Shown here in pieces: positions 19,731 to 28,753 of a stretch of 64,000 bases of DNA. The first letter of the stretch is position 1, and every line of letters starts with the position of its first letter. Below the pieces are notes generated by a model, which saw only the letters and a list, made by a program, of their open reading frames with translations, did no database searches and was not told where the DNA came from. Source of the stretch: an uncultured Gemmatimonadales bacterium (lineage in GTDB: Bacteria > Gemmatimonadota > Gemmatimonadetes > Gemmatimonadales > GWC2-71-9); assembly GCA_963825055.1 (NCBI GenBank), contig CAWGSK010000007.1:152450-216449 (forward strand). The letters are read 5' to 3'. Position numbers and translations under genes: made by a program.

Positions 19731-20533
19731 TTCGGCGGGGGAGGGAGGGCGTGCACGCGCCGCTTGAACTCGGCGTAGAGGTTGTCATGCACCTTGCCCG
19801 TCCTGAGGGCGGCCTGGGCCCCTGGCGTGGTGGCAATGATCCGGTTGACGTTGCTGATCCGCTCGGCCGCCATCGGGTGGGAGCTGAACCACTGCTCCAC
19901 CTTGGATGGCTGGCTCTGCTGGAGCTGCTGGAGCACCTCGAACATGTCCGTGATGCCCCGCGGGTTGACGGCCGTGCGGGTCAGGTACCCGACCGCGACG
20001 GAATCCGCTTCGCGCTCGTCGTCCCGGCTGAACTTGGCGAAAACCGCGCCCGCGGCGACATTCAGGGCCACCGATTCTCCCGCGCTGGGCTGACGGCCGA
20101 GGAGGGCATACAGGAGTCCGACGCCGGTGTTGGCCGCGCTGGCCTGGCCCATCTGCTCGGCGGAATGGCGCAGTTCCACGTGGCCCATTTCGTGGCCCAG
20201 AACGCCCATGAACTCGTCGTAGTCAGCGGCGTGCTCGATCAGGCCGCGGAAGACGTACACATGCCCGCCCGGTACGGCGAACGCATTGACCTGGTCGGAG
20301 TTCACGACCCGGAACGTCCAGGGAAGATCCTGGCGCGTCATGACCCGGCGAAGCGGCGCCGCGAGACCGTCCAGGTTGGCCTGGACGCCGGCATCCTGGA
20401 CCACGGGCATGGTCTGGTTGATCTCCGCCACCGCCTGGTTGCCGATATCGACCTCCTGCTGGACCGTAGGCGCACAGGCGGCCAGGATGCCCAGGCCGAG
20501 GGTGAACGTGGCTATCCGATGGGACTGAATCAT
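19727..20533 (-). CDS. M48-family zinc metallopeptidase lipoprotein
   Basis: LAAC lipobox, [26 protein letters not shown]. Confidence 0.9.
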   Translation of the reverse strand: MIQSHRIATFTLGLGILAACAPTVQQEVDIGNQAVAEINQTMPVVQDAGVQANLDGLAAPLRRVMTRQDLPWTFRVVNSDQVNAFAVPGGHVYVFRGLIEHAADYDEFMGVLGHEMGHVELRHSAEQMGQASAANTGVGLLYALLGRQPSAGESVALNVAAGAVFAKFSRDDEREADSVAVGYLTRTAVNPRGITDMFEVLQQLQQSQPSKVEQWFSSHPMAAERISNVNRIIATTPGAQAALRTGKVHDNLYAEFKRRVHALPPPPK

Positions 20534-21299
20534 GGCAAGCTCCGTGCAGTCGACAATTCGAGATCTCCACCGCCGCCGGGGCCGCGAGCGTCGCGGCCTG
20601 GCGCTGGCGGAAGGTGTCCGCCTGGTGGAGGAGGCGCTGGCCGCCGGGGTCGAAATCACCGGCGGAGCCCTCGCTCCAGCCCTTGAAGCTACCACCCGGG
20701 GAGAGGCGCTGGCAGCGGCGCTCGTCACATCAGGGGTTCCCCTCGAACGGGTGGATGACCGGACCCTGTCGGGGCTGGCCGCCACCGAGCACCCCCAGGG
20801 CGTGGTCGTCGTATATCGCCCCCGGGTCTGGCAGTTCGCCGACCTCGACACCGCCCGCGGACCACTGCTCGTCCTGGACGCGGTGCAGGATCCGGGGAAT
20901 GTCGGCACCATGGTCCGGACGGCCGATGCGCTGGGCTCGGGCGGGGTCGTGGCGCTCACTGGCACCGCCGACCTCACCAACCCGAAGGCAGTCCGGGCCG
21001 CGATGGGGTCGTCCTTCCGCCTCCCGGCACTGTCCCTGGACGTCGAGACGTTCGGCCGGTGGGCAAAGGGTGCCGGGCTCGACCTCTGGGTGGCTGCCAC
21101 CGGGGGCGCGCCGGTCGGGTCGCTCAGGCCCGTCCTGCCGCTTGCCCTGGTCGTGGGAAACGAAGGCGCCGGCATCAGTGCGCCGGTGGCAGCACTGGGC
21201 GGCACGCCGGTCGGCATCCCGCTCCAGGAGGGCGTGGAGTCCCTCAACGTGGCCGTGGCCGCGGGCATTCTCCTGCATGAGGTGATGCGTGACCGATAA
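20532..21299 (+). CDS. TrmH/SpoU-family RNA methyltransferase
   Basis: QDPGNVGTMVR, GNEGAG, ESLNVAVA. Confidence 0.92.
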   Translation: MASSVQSTIRDLHRRRGRERRGLALAEGVRLVEEALAAGVEITGGALAPALEATTRGEALAAALVTSGVPLERVDDRTLSGLAATEHPQGVVVVYRPRVWQFADLDTARGPLLVLDAVQDPGNVGTMVRTADALGSGGVVALTGTADLTNPKAVRAAMGSSFRLPALSLDVETFGRWAKGAGLDLWVAATGGAPVGSLRPVLPLALVVGNEGAGISAPVAALGGTPVGIPLQEGVESLNVAVAAGILLHEVMRDR

Positions 21300-22062
21300 G
21301 GGCGTGATCGTGGCGTTTGCCGGGCTCCTCGGCCTGATCCTCGGCAGCTTCCTGAACGTCTGCATCCTCCGGCTGCCGGCCCGGCAGTCGATCGTGCATC
21401 CACCCTCACGCTGCCCGAACTGCGGCGAGGGGGTGCGGTGGTACGACAACGTGCCGGTGCTCTCCTGGCTGATCCTGCGGGGGAAATGCCGTCACTGCGG
21501 CAACCCGATCTCGATCCAGTACCCGCTGGTCGAGCTCGCCACGGCTGCCATCTGGGCCGGCATGGCACTGCTGTTCACCGCGCCGCTCGACATCCTTGCC
21601 GCCGCCCTCTTCCTGACCCTGCTGCTCGGCATCGCCATGACCGATGCGCGGGAATACATCATCCCGGACGAGTTCTCGCTGGGCGGACTCGTCATCGGGA
21701 TCCTCGTCAGCCTCAGGGCCGGGCTGCCGGGCCTGCGGGACGCAGCCATCGGGGCGGCGGTGGGATTCGCGGTGCTCTGGCTCGTCGCGATCGTGGGCAA
21801 GCGGCTCTTCCGCAAGGAGGCCATGGGCGGTGGCGACATCAAGATGATGGCCATGGTCGGCGCCTTCCTTGGCTGGCAGGGCGTCTTCCTGACCATCTTC
21901 CTCGGCTCCGTGGTGGGGACGCTGGTCTTCGGACCGCTCGCGCTGGTCGGAAAGAAGAAGGAAGTGCCCTTCGGGATCTTTCTGGCGCTCGGGGGCGCAG
22001 TCACGTTCTTCTGGGGCCCGGCCCTGCTCGACTGGTACCGCAGTTACCTGGTGGCCTCGTGA
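21289..22062 (+). CDS. pilD: Prepilin peptidase
   Basis: GSFLNVCILRLP, SRCPNC, GKCRHC, MGGGDIK, VPFG. Confidence 0.93.
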   Translation: MTDKGVIVAFAGLLGLILGSFLNVCILRLPARQSIVHPPSRCPNCGEGVRWYDNVPVLSWLILRGKCRHCGNPISIQYPLVELATAAIWAGMALLFTAPLDILAAALFLTLLLGIAMTDAREYIIPDEFSLGGLVIGILVSLRAGLPGLRDAAIGAAVGFAVLWLVAIVGKRLFRKEAMGGGDIKMMAMVGAFLGWQGVFLTIFLGSVVGTLVFGPLALVGKKKEVPFGIFLALGGAVTFFWGPALLDWYRSYLVAS

Positions 22063-23264
22063 CGCGTTCCGGCCTCGCCCTGATTGCCGGGATCGGGCTG
22101 GCCGCGTGCCGGGGCGAACCACCCCGCCCGCCGGCGGATGAACTCGCCCACGTCGTGGACAGCCTCAAGCCTGCCATTGAAGCCGCTGCCGGGCTCCAGT
22201 TCACCCGCCCGGTGCGCTCGGCGCTCCGGAGCCGGGAGCAGGTGCGGGCCTATCTCATCCAGGAATTCGACGACCAGCTTCCACCCGAGCGGCTCGAAGG
22301 GCTGGAGAATGCCTATCACCTCTTCGGGCTTCTCCCGGACAGCCAACAGCTCCGCCCGCTGCTGATCGACGTCCTGACCGAGCAGGTGGCGGGCTACTAC
22401 GATCCCGACTCTACCACGCTGTACGGGGTGGCTGACCAGAAGGGGATCCAGTTGCGTGCGGTGGTGGCGCACGAACTCGTACACGCCCTCCAGGACCAGC
22501 ACTATCCACTGGACTCGCTGCTGGAACAGCAGGAGGATGGCGACCGTGCCGCGGCGGCGCAGGCCATCCTCGAGGGCCAGGCACACTACGCCTCAGTGAA
22601 GCTGCTGGTGGGAGAGGCGGCGGACGTCACGACCATGGAATTCTGGGACACGGCGCGAGAGCAGACCCGTCAGGCGCAGGAGCAGCTTCCGCGCTTCGGC
22701 AAGGCGCCCGTCGCGATCCGCGAAGAACTGCTCTTTCCGTACATCAGCGGGGCGGAGTTCATGCGCTGGTGGTTCGTGAACCACCCGGACGCGCTTCCCT
22801 TCGACGAGCGGATGCCTCTTTCCACCGAACAGATCTTCCATCCTGACCGCTACGCGGCCGGTGATGCGCCGCTCACCGTCCGGTTCACCACCTCCGACAG
22901 CACCGTCATGTTCGAGGACGACGTGGGCGAACTGGGCCTGGCCACCCTGGCGGCGTCGGCAGCCAATACCGTCGCCATTTCCACCACCCGGGCCTATGGC
23001 TGGGGCGGCGACCGCTACCGGGTGTACCGCACCCCCGGCGGCCCCGCCCTCGTCTGGTTCGTCCTGTTCGATGACCCCGCCTATGCCGACCGTTTCTACA
23101 CCGGCCTCGCCAGCGTGATGGAACGGGACTTCAAGCGGCCCGGATATGCCTTCCATCGCGAGCGGGTGGAAGTAGAGGGAAGTGCAGGGGTGAAGGTGGT
23201 GGTGGGGCCGGAGGGGTGGGAGCCACTAGAGGTAGTGCAGGTCAAAAAAGAGCGTGAGCGGTAA
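22059..23264 (+). CDS. Zincin-like lipoprotein (hypothetical)
   Basis: LAAC lipobox, VAGYYDP, VAHELVHALQDQ, LEG, FPY. Confidence 0.75.
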   Translation: MTRSGLALIAGIGLAACRGEPPRPPADELAHVVDSLKPAIEAAAGLQFTRPVRSALRSREQVRAYLIQEFDDQLPPERLEGLENAYHLFGLLPDSQQLRPLLIDVLTEQVAGYYDPDSTTLYGVADQKGIQLRAVVAHELVHALQDQHYPLDSLLEQQEDGDRAAAAQAILEGQAHYASVKLLVGEAADVTTMEFWDTAREQTRQAQEQLPRFGKAPVAIREELLFPYISGAEFMRWWFVNHPDALPFDERMPLSTEQIFHPDRYAAGDAPLTVRFTTSDSTVMFEDDVGELGLATLAASAANTVAISTTRAYGWGGDRYRVYRTPGGPALVWFVLFDDPAYADRFYTGLASVMERDFKRPGYAFHRERVEVEGSAGVKVVVGPEGWEPLEVVQVKKERER

Positions 23265-23321
23265 GCGGTAAGCGGTGAGCCGGAAAGTGAGGACAGCCTG
23301 AACGGTGAACCGTGAACGGTA
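23250..23321. repeat. Left heptamer arm (GCGGTAA/ACGGTGA)
   Basis: gagcgtgagcggtaagcggtaagcggtgagc...tgaacggtgaaccgtgaacggta. Confidence 0.85.
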
Positions 23322-23614
23322 TCAGACGGCGCGGCACCGTTGAACCAGGCCGAGCAGGAGGCGCTGAGAGCGTCTGTTGCGGGAGAGCAGGGGATCGATT
23401 GTTGCCCGGGGGATCGCTTCTGAGTCCTTGGCGAGTTCGAGTAGCTCCCCCGTCTCTATGGCGGAGCCGTAGGCGATCTCAAAATGGTGAGCCTGCCGTC
23501 GACCTGGGCCGTAGGCGTACCCTTCGGCAATGTTGAGTTGCACGGACAGAGCCGAACGCTGGATCTGGGAGAACAGTGCAGCGCACCATGGCTTCCAACA
23601 GGTACGGGCCAACC
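23322..23614 (-). pseudogene. Four-helix-bundle (23S_rRNA_IVP/TIGR02436, Avd-like) gene, 5'-truncated
   Basis: SQIQRSALSVQLNIAEGY...IAYGSAIET family motif; the expected N-terminal L.AWQ segment is missing. Confidence 0.8.
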
Positions 23615-23615
23615 C

Positions 23616-23740
23616 GAACTCGCCAGGGACGCAGAAGCGGTTCCTGCGGCCACGATAGACACCCTGCTGCTCCCGCAATCAGCGGTGACCAGCGCCTCCT
23701 CCTCGGCATGCTCAAGCAACACCGCCCCTTCAAATCCCCT
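23616..23740 (+). pseudogene. Inverted 3' fragment of a paralogous four-helix-bundle gene
   Basis: ELARDAEAVPAATIDTLL /frameshift/ QRLLLGMLKQHRP aligns to ELAKDSEAIPRATIDPLL..QRLLLGLVQRCR of the minus-strand copy. Confidence 0.75.
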
Positions 23741-23804
23741 TCACCGATTCACCGTTTACCGCTCACGCTGTTTCCGTTTTGCCGTTCACCGTTCACCGCT
23801 CACC
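23741..23804. repeat. Right heptamer arm (TCACCGT/TTACCGC), inverted relative to the left arm
   Basis: tcaccgattcaccgtttaccgctcacgc...gttcaccgttcaccgctcacc; contains the DUF445 stop codon. Confidence 0.85.
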
Positions 23805-25362
23805 CTAATAAGACATTCACGCCAAACGCCACCAGCCCCACCACCGCCCCCAGCACATATCCGAGTCTGACGATCAGGTCCAGCTCCCGCTGGGTCACGT
23901 CCTTCACGATCTGCTCCATCCGCTGCGTACTGAAGCCCAGCACCTTCTGCTCCACCATCTCCTGCACCTTGAACTGCTCCACCACCGCGGGGATCTGTCG
24001 CTGCACCCATCCCCAGGCCGCGGTGGTGACGGCTTCCTCGATCTTCGCCGTCATCTCCGGCCCCATCCACCCGGCCGGCCGGCCGATGGGCCGGTCCAGC
24101 AGGTGGTCCGCCACGCTCCGGACGGCCTCCTCCACCCAGTGACGTCCCCGCTCGCCGCCCAGGGCGTCGGCGGCGAAGGCGGCCACCTGCGCCGGGGGGA
24201 TGGCTTCGAGCAGGTCACCCCAGGTCCGCTGCTCGGCGGCGGTGAGCGCCCGGTCCACGGTCTGGCCGATGACCCGGCGGGTTCCCTCGTCCCGCGCCAC
24301 CCGCATCAGCCAGTCACCCAGGGTCTCGGCGAGCCCCTCTACCCGGTCCTCGCCGAGGCGGCGGAACCGCTCGGCCAGCGGCACGCGCAGGAAGTTCACC
24401 ACGGCGTCGTTGACCGCCCGCGCGACCTGGCTCTTCACGCCCGGCTCGTGGAGCCCCTCGGCCAGGCGGTCGAGTCCGCGCCGCTCGAACCCGTCCACCA
24501 GCCGCTCGATGGTGCGGTCGGTGACCATCAGCTTGGCCAGCACCCGCTCGTGGATAAGCAGGTCCCGGACTGTGTGATCGAATGCGTCGCGGAGGGAGAC
24601 CTGGATCTTCCGGCGGGCATCGGGATCGGCCAGGATGCCGCTCAGCCGGTCCACCGCCACGGGCAGGTAGTCCGTGATGCCCTGCTCCACGGCCCCGATC
24701 AGACCCGGGGGGAGTCGGTCCAGCATTGCCCGGTCGTCGTGGGAGAGCTTGTCCAGCTGGTCACGCACGAAGCCCCGGAGCGTACGTTCCAGCTCCTCAC
24801 CCTGCGCGAGCTGGGTGACCCAGTCCTCCACTTTCCGGCTGAGGGACTCGCGCCGTTCAGCAGTCAGCAGCTCACCCAGCGACCGGTCGCCCACCTCCTC
24901 CCGGAGCTTCGTCATCCACTCAGTCACCCGGGCCTCGAAGGCCGGCGAGCGGGCGTAGTCCGCCAGTCGCTCGGCCAGCCCGCTGCTCACCCGGGGCAGG
25001 GAAGACTCGATGGCCTCCAGCACCGGCGGACTGAGCAGGCCGCGGAGGGGGCCCCGCTCCGTTTCCATGATGTCCGTGACCGCCCGGCGGACTGCGTCGT
25101 CGAAGGCCTTCCGGAGGGCCGGGTCGGACAGGCGTCGGGCCAGGTCTTCGCTGGTGAGCAGGCGCTCACCAACGGCCTTGCCGACGCTTTTGGCGAGGCG
25201 GGGCTTGTTCTTGGGGATGGCCCCGTGGAAGCGGAAGGGGCCGAACCCGGAGGGCTCATGGGGGTGGAACAGCATCCACACCGCCACGGCGTTGGTGATC
25301 CCGCCGGAGAGGGCGCCCACCAGCACCGTGACCAGGCCCGTGATGAGGGTCGAGGAATCCAT
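23800..25362 (-). CDS. DUF445-family membrane-anchored protein
   Basis: GGITNAVAVWMLFHP...GAIPKNK and ELDLIVRLGYVLGAVVG termini. Confidence 0.85.
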   Translation of the reverse strand: MDSSTLITGLVTVLVGALSGGITNAVAVWMLFHPHEPSGFGPFRFHGAIPKNKPRLAKSVGKAVGERLLTSEDLARRLSDPALRKAFDDAVRRAVTDIMETERGPLRGLLSPPVLEAIESSLPRVSSGLAERLADYARSPAFEARVTEWMTKLREEVGDRSLGELLTAERRESLSRKVEDWVTQLAQGEELERTLRGFVRDQLDKLSHDDRAMLDRLPPGLIGAVEQGITDYLPVAVDRLSGILADPDARRKIQVSLRDAFDHTVRDLLIHERVLAKLMVTDRTIERLVDGFERRGLDRLAEGLHEPGVKSQVARAVNDAVVNFLRVPLAERFRRLGEDRVEGLAETLGDWLMRVARDEGTRRVIGQTVDRALTAAEQRTWGDLLEAIPPAQVAAFAADALGGERGRHWVEEAVRSVADHLLDRPIGRPAGWMGPEMTAKIEEAVTTAAWGWVQRQIPAVVEQFKVQEMVEQKVLGFSTQRMEQIVKDVTQRELDLIVRLGYVLGAVVGLVAFGVNVLLG

Positions 25363-25445
25363 AGGCCCGACGAAGATAGCCACCCCGGTCCGCCCCCGTT
25401 GGCCCGTTGCTTCAACCCCCTCCAGCCGTTTATCTTGCAAGGCTT

Positions 25446-26780
25446 ATGTTCGAGGAGCTTTCGACCAAACTCAACTCCGCGCTCCAGAAGCTCACGGGCC
25501 GGGGTGTACTGAGTGAAGAGGCTGTCACCGAAGGACTTCGGGAGATCCGCAGGATCCTCCTGGAGGCCGACGTCAGCTTCGATCTCACGCGCGAGTTCCT
25601 CGAACGGGTCAAGGCCAGGGCGGTAGGCCTCGAGACCATCAAGACGGTGAAGCCGGGCCAGCAGCTCGTCAAGATCGTGTACGAGGAGCTGGTCGCGCTG
25701 CTGGGCGAGAAACAGGCGCCCATCACGTACGCGACGGTCCCGCCGACGGTGATCATGCTCGTGGGCCTCCAGGGCTCCGGCAAGACGACCACCGCGGGCA
25801 AGCTGGCGCGGCGTCTCAAGCAGGAGCAGAAGGCGCCGTTCATGATTGCGGCGGACGTCTATCGTCCCGCCGCGGTGGACCAGCTGGTGACGCTGGGTGA
25901 GCAGGTGCAGGTCGGCGTCCATGCCGAGCCGGGTGTCACGGACGTCGTCGGCATCGTGAAGCGCGGGATCGAGGCGGCGAAGAGCGCCCGGGCGCGCGCC
26001 GTGCTGGTCGACACTGCCGGCCGGCTGCAGATCGACGACGCCATGATGAACGAGCTCAAGGCGCTCAAGGCGGCCGTGGGGCCGCACGAGATCCTGCTCG
26101 TGGCGGACGGGATGACCGGCCAGGACGCGGTGCGGATCGCGCAGGGCTTCCATGAAGCCCTCGGCGTGACCGGCGTGATCCTGACCAAGATGGACGGCGA
26201 CGCGCGCGGTGGCGCCGCGCTCTCCATCTACGGTGTCACCCACGCGCCAATCAAGTACGTCGGCGTGGGCGAGCGGCTCGATGCGCTGGAGCCCTTCCAT
26301 CCGGAGCGGATGGCCGGCCGGATCCTCCAGCAGGGCGACGTGCTCACGCTGGTGGAAAAAGCCGAGGCGGCGGTCGACAAGGCCGAAGCCGAGAAGCTGG
26401 CGAAGAAGGCCGGCAGCAAGAAAGGCCTGGATCTTCAGGACTTCCTGACGGCCATGCGCCAGATCCAGAAGATGGGCCCGCTCAAGAACGTGCTGGGCAT
26501 GCTGCCGGGGGTGAACCCGTCCATGCTCCAGGCCGCCAACGTGGATGACGGCAAGATGCGCCACATCGAGGCGATCGTGCTCTCGATGACCCCGAAGGAA
26601 CGGTCGAACCCGGACGTGATCAACGGGTCGCGCCGGATGCGGATCGCCAGCGGGTCGGGGCGGACGGTACAGGAAGTGAACCAGCTGCTGTCGCAGTTCA
26701 AGCAGATGAAGAAGTTCATGAAAGTGGCCGGCAAGCCCGGCATGAAGCTGCCGTTCGGGGGTCGAGGCCGGTTCGGCTGA
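25446..26780 (+). CDS. ffh: Signal recognition particle protein
   Basis: MFEELS, GLQGSGKTT, DTAGRL, TKMDGDARGG, SMTPKER. Confidence 0.97.
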   Translation: MFEELSTKLNSALQKLTGRGVLSEEAVTEGLREIRRILLEADVSFDLTREFLERVKARAVGLETIKTVKPGQQLVKIVYEELVALLGEKQAPITYATVPPTVIMLVGLQGSGKTTTAGKLARRLKQEQKAPFMIAADVYRPAAVDQLVTLGEQVQVGVHAEPGVTDVVGIVKRGIEAAKSARARAVLVDTAGRLQIDDAMMNELKALKAAVGPHEILLVADGMTGQDAVRIAQGFHEALGVTGVILTKMDGDARGGAALSIYGVTHAPIKYVGVGERLDALEPFHPERMAGRILQQGDVLTLVEKAEAAVDKAEAEKLAKKAGSKKGLDLQDFLTAMRQIQKMGPLKNVLGMLPGVNPSMLQAANVDDGKMRHIEAIVLSMTPKERSNPDVINGSRRMRIASGSGRTVQEVNQLLSQFKQMKKFMKVAGKPGMKLPFGGRGRFG

Positions 26781-26841
26781 GGTCACCGTCGGCCGGAAGG
26801 CGCCCGGGCGCGCCTGGCTCACACGGAAGCAGGAAGAGGAT

Positions 26842-27114
26842 ATGGCAACTCGGATTCGTCTACGTCGCGTCGGCCGCAAGGGCCTCTCCATGTACCGGAT
26901 CGTCGTCGCGGAGAAGGAAGCCCCGCGCGATGGCCGTTTCGTGGATATCCTGGGCACCTACAATCCGCGCGCCGCGGACCAGGAGCAGGTCAAGGTGGAC
27001 GCGGAGAAGGCCCGCGAGTGGATCGGCAAGGGCGCCACGCCGTCGCTGACGGTCGCGTCGCTGCTCCGCAAGGCGGGCGTCTTCAAGCAGACGCAGACGC
27101 CCGCCTCCGCCTGA
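26842..27114 (+). CDS. rpsP: 30S ribosomal protein S16
   Basis: IRLRRVGRK, PRDGRFVDILGTYNP. Confidence 0.97.
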   Translation: MATRIRLRRVGRKGLSMYRIVVAEKEAPRDGRFVDILGTYNPRAADQEQVKVDAEKAREWIGKGATPSLTVASLLRKAGVFKQTQTPASA

Positions 27115-27116
27115 TC

Positions 27117-27641
27117 ATGGCGGAGACCCGCCACCTGGTGGTGGGGCGCCTGCGTAAGCCGCACGGCCTGAAGGGTGATCTCGCGGTCTTTCCCCTGACG
27201 GACACTCCCGATCAGGTCTTCGCCCCCGGAGCGACGCTCCACCGGGCGGACCTCGAGGGGAATGTCCTGGGCGAGCCGCTCACGATCGAGCGGAGCCGGG
27301 GCTACCACCGCGAGTGGCTGGTGAAGTTCGAGGGGCTGGACACCCGTGAGCCCACGGAAGGGTGGCGGGGGCAGTTCCTGGTGGCGCCCGCGGAGGTGCT
27401 GGTGCCGCCCGACGAAGACGAGGTCTACCTGCACGAGCTGGTCGGGTTTGCCGTGCGGGACGAGGACGGCAGCGCGCTGGGGCTGGTGAGTGACGTCCTG
27501 GAGATGCCGTCCGGTCTGATGATCGAGGTACAGGGCCCGAAGCGCGAATTCCTGCTGCCGTACCGGCGGGAGTTCATCCGGGAGGTGGACCGCGAGGCCC
27601 GCCGGCTCGAGGTGACGGTTCCCGAGGGCCTGATCGACTGA
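27117..27641 (+). CDS. rimM: Ribosome maturation factor RimM
   Basis: VGRLRKPHGLKG, EVYLHELVG, LLPY; operon context. Confidence 0.93.
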   Translation: MAETRHLVVGRLRKPHGLKGDLAVFPLTDTPDQVFAPGATLHRADLEGNVLGEPLTIERSRGYHREWLVKFEGLDTREPTEGWRGQFLVAPAEVLVPPDEDEVYLHELVGFAVRDEDGSALGLVSDVLEMPSGLMIEVQGPKREFLLPYRREFIREVDREARRLEVTVPEGLID

Positions 27642-27644
27642 GCC

Positions 27645-28337
27645 ATGCTCGCGATCAACGTGGTGACGCTTTTTCCGGAGGTGCTGGAGCCTTTTCTCTC
27701 GGCCAGCATCCCCGGCCGGGCCCGGGAAGCGGGGCTCGCCGCCTACCGCCTGGTCCAGCTGCGCGACTTCGCGCACGACCGGCACCAGACGGTGGACGAT
27801 GCCCCCTACGGGGGCGGCGCCGGCATGGTCCTGAAGCCGGAGCCGATGGTCGAGGCCGTGGAGTCGCTCATGCCCGCGGGGCCGGTGATCGTGCTCTCGG
27901 CGCGGGGGAAGCGCTTCGGCCATGACGACGCGGTCCGCTGCTCGCTGGAACGGGAGCTGACCTTCGTCTGCGGGCACTACAAGGACATCGACCAGCGGGT
28001 GGTCGAGGTCCTGGGCGCGGAGGAGTGGTCCATCGGTGACCTGGTCCTCTCCGGTGGCGAGGCGGCGGCGCTCTGCATGATCGACGCGATCGTGCGGCTC
28101 CTGCCCGGCGCCATTGGAGACCACGAGTCGGCCAGCGGCGATTCGCATTACGACGGGCTCCTGAGCCCGCCGAGCTACACGAGGCCCGCCGAGTTTCGCG
28201 GGCGGACCGTGCCCGAGGTCCTGCTGTCGGGCAACCATGCCGCCATCGAGGCATGGCGGCAGGCGGAGGCGGAACGACTGACGCGTGAGCGGCGGCCCGA
28301 CCTCTGGAAACAGCACGAGCAGGCCCGGGACGCGTAA
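27645..28337 (+). CDS. trmD: tRNA (guanine-N1)-methyltransferase
   Basis: TLFPE, DDAPYGGGAGM, SIGDLVLSGGE, LLSGNH. Confidence 0.96.
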   Translation: MLAINVVTLFPEVLEPFLSASIPGRAREAGLAAYRLVQLRDFAHDRHQTVDDAPYGGGAGMVLKPEPMVEAVESLMPAGPVIVLSARGKRFGHDDAVRCSLERELTFVCGHYKDIDQRVVEVLGAEEWSIGDLVLSGGEAAALCMIDAIVRLLPGAIGDHESASGDSHYDGLLSPPSYTRPAEFRGRTVPEVLLSGNHAAIEAWRQAEAERLTRERRPDLWKQHEQARDA

Positions 28338-28403
28338 CGCGTCCGGCCCATGGCGCGTACGGCGGTACGCAATGCACGCGCACGACGCGCGGAGGATGAA
28401 CCA

Positions 28404-28751
28404 ATGCAACGAGTGGCTGAGCTGAATCTGGAGAACCTGCGGACGGACCACCCTGACTTCAATCCGGGCGACACGGTCCGCGTCAAGGTTCGCGTGCGCG
28501 AGGGTGACAAGGAGCGCCTGCAGGCGTTCGAGGGCACCTGCATCGCCAAGCGGGGCGGCGGGATCAGCGAGTCGTTCACGGTCCGGAAGATCAGCGCCGG
28601 CGTCGGCGTCGAGCGAATCTTCCCCCTGCACAGCCCGTCGATCGCCACCATCGAGGTGGTCCGCAAGGGCCGCGTCCGCCGCGCCAAGCTGTACTACCTG
28701 CGGGCCGTGAGCGGCAAGAAGGCCAGGATCCGGGAGAAAAGGGACCGCTAG
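28404..28751 (+). CDS. rplS: 50S ribosomal protein L19
   Basis: [40 protein letters not shown]. Confidence 0.97.
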   Translation: MQRVAELNLENLRTDHPDFNPGDTVRVKVRVREGDKERLQAFEGTCIAKRGGGISESFTVRKISAGVGVERIFPLHSPSIATIEVVRKGRVRRAKLYYLRAVSGKKARIREKRDR

Positions 28752-28753
28752 TC

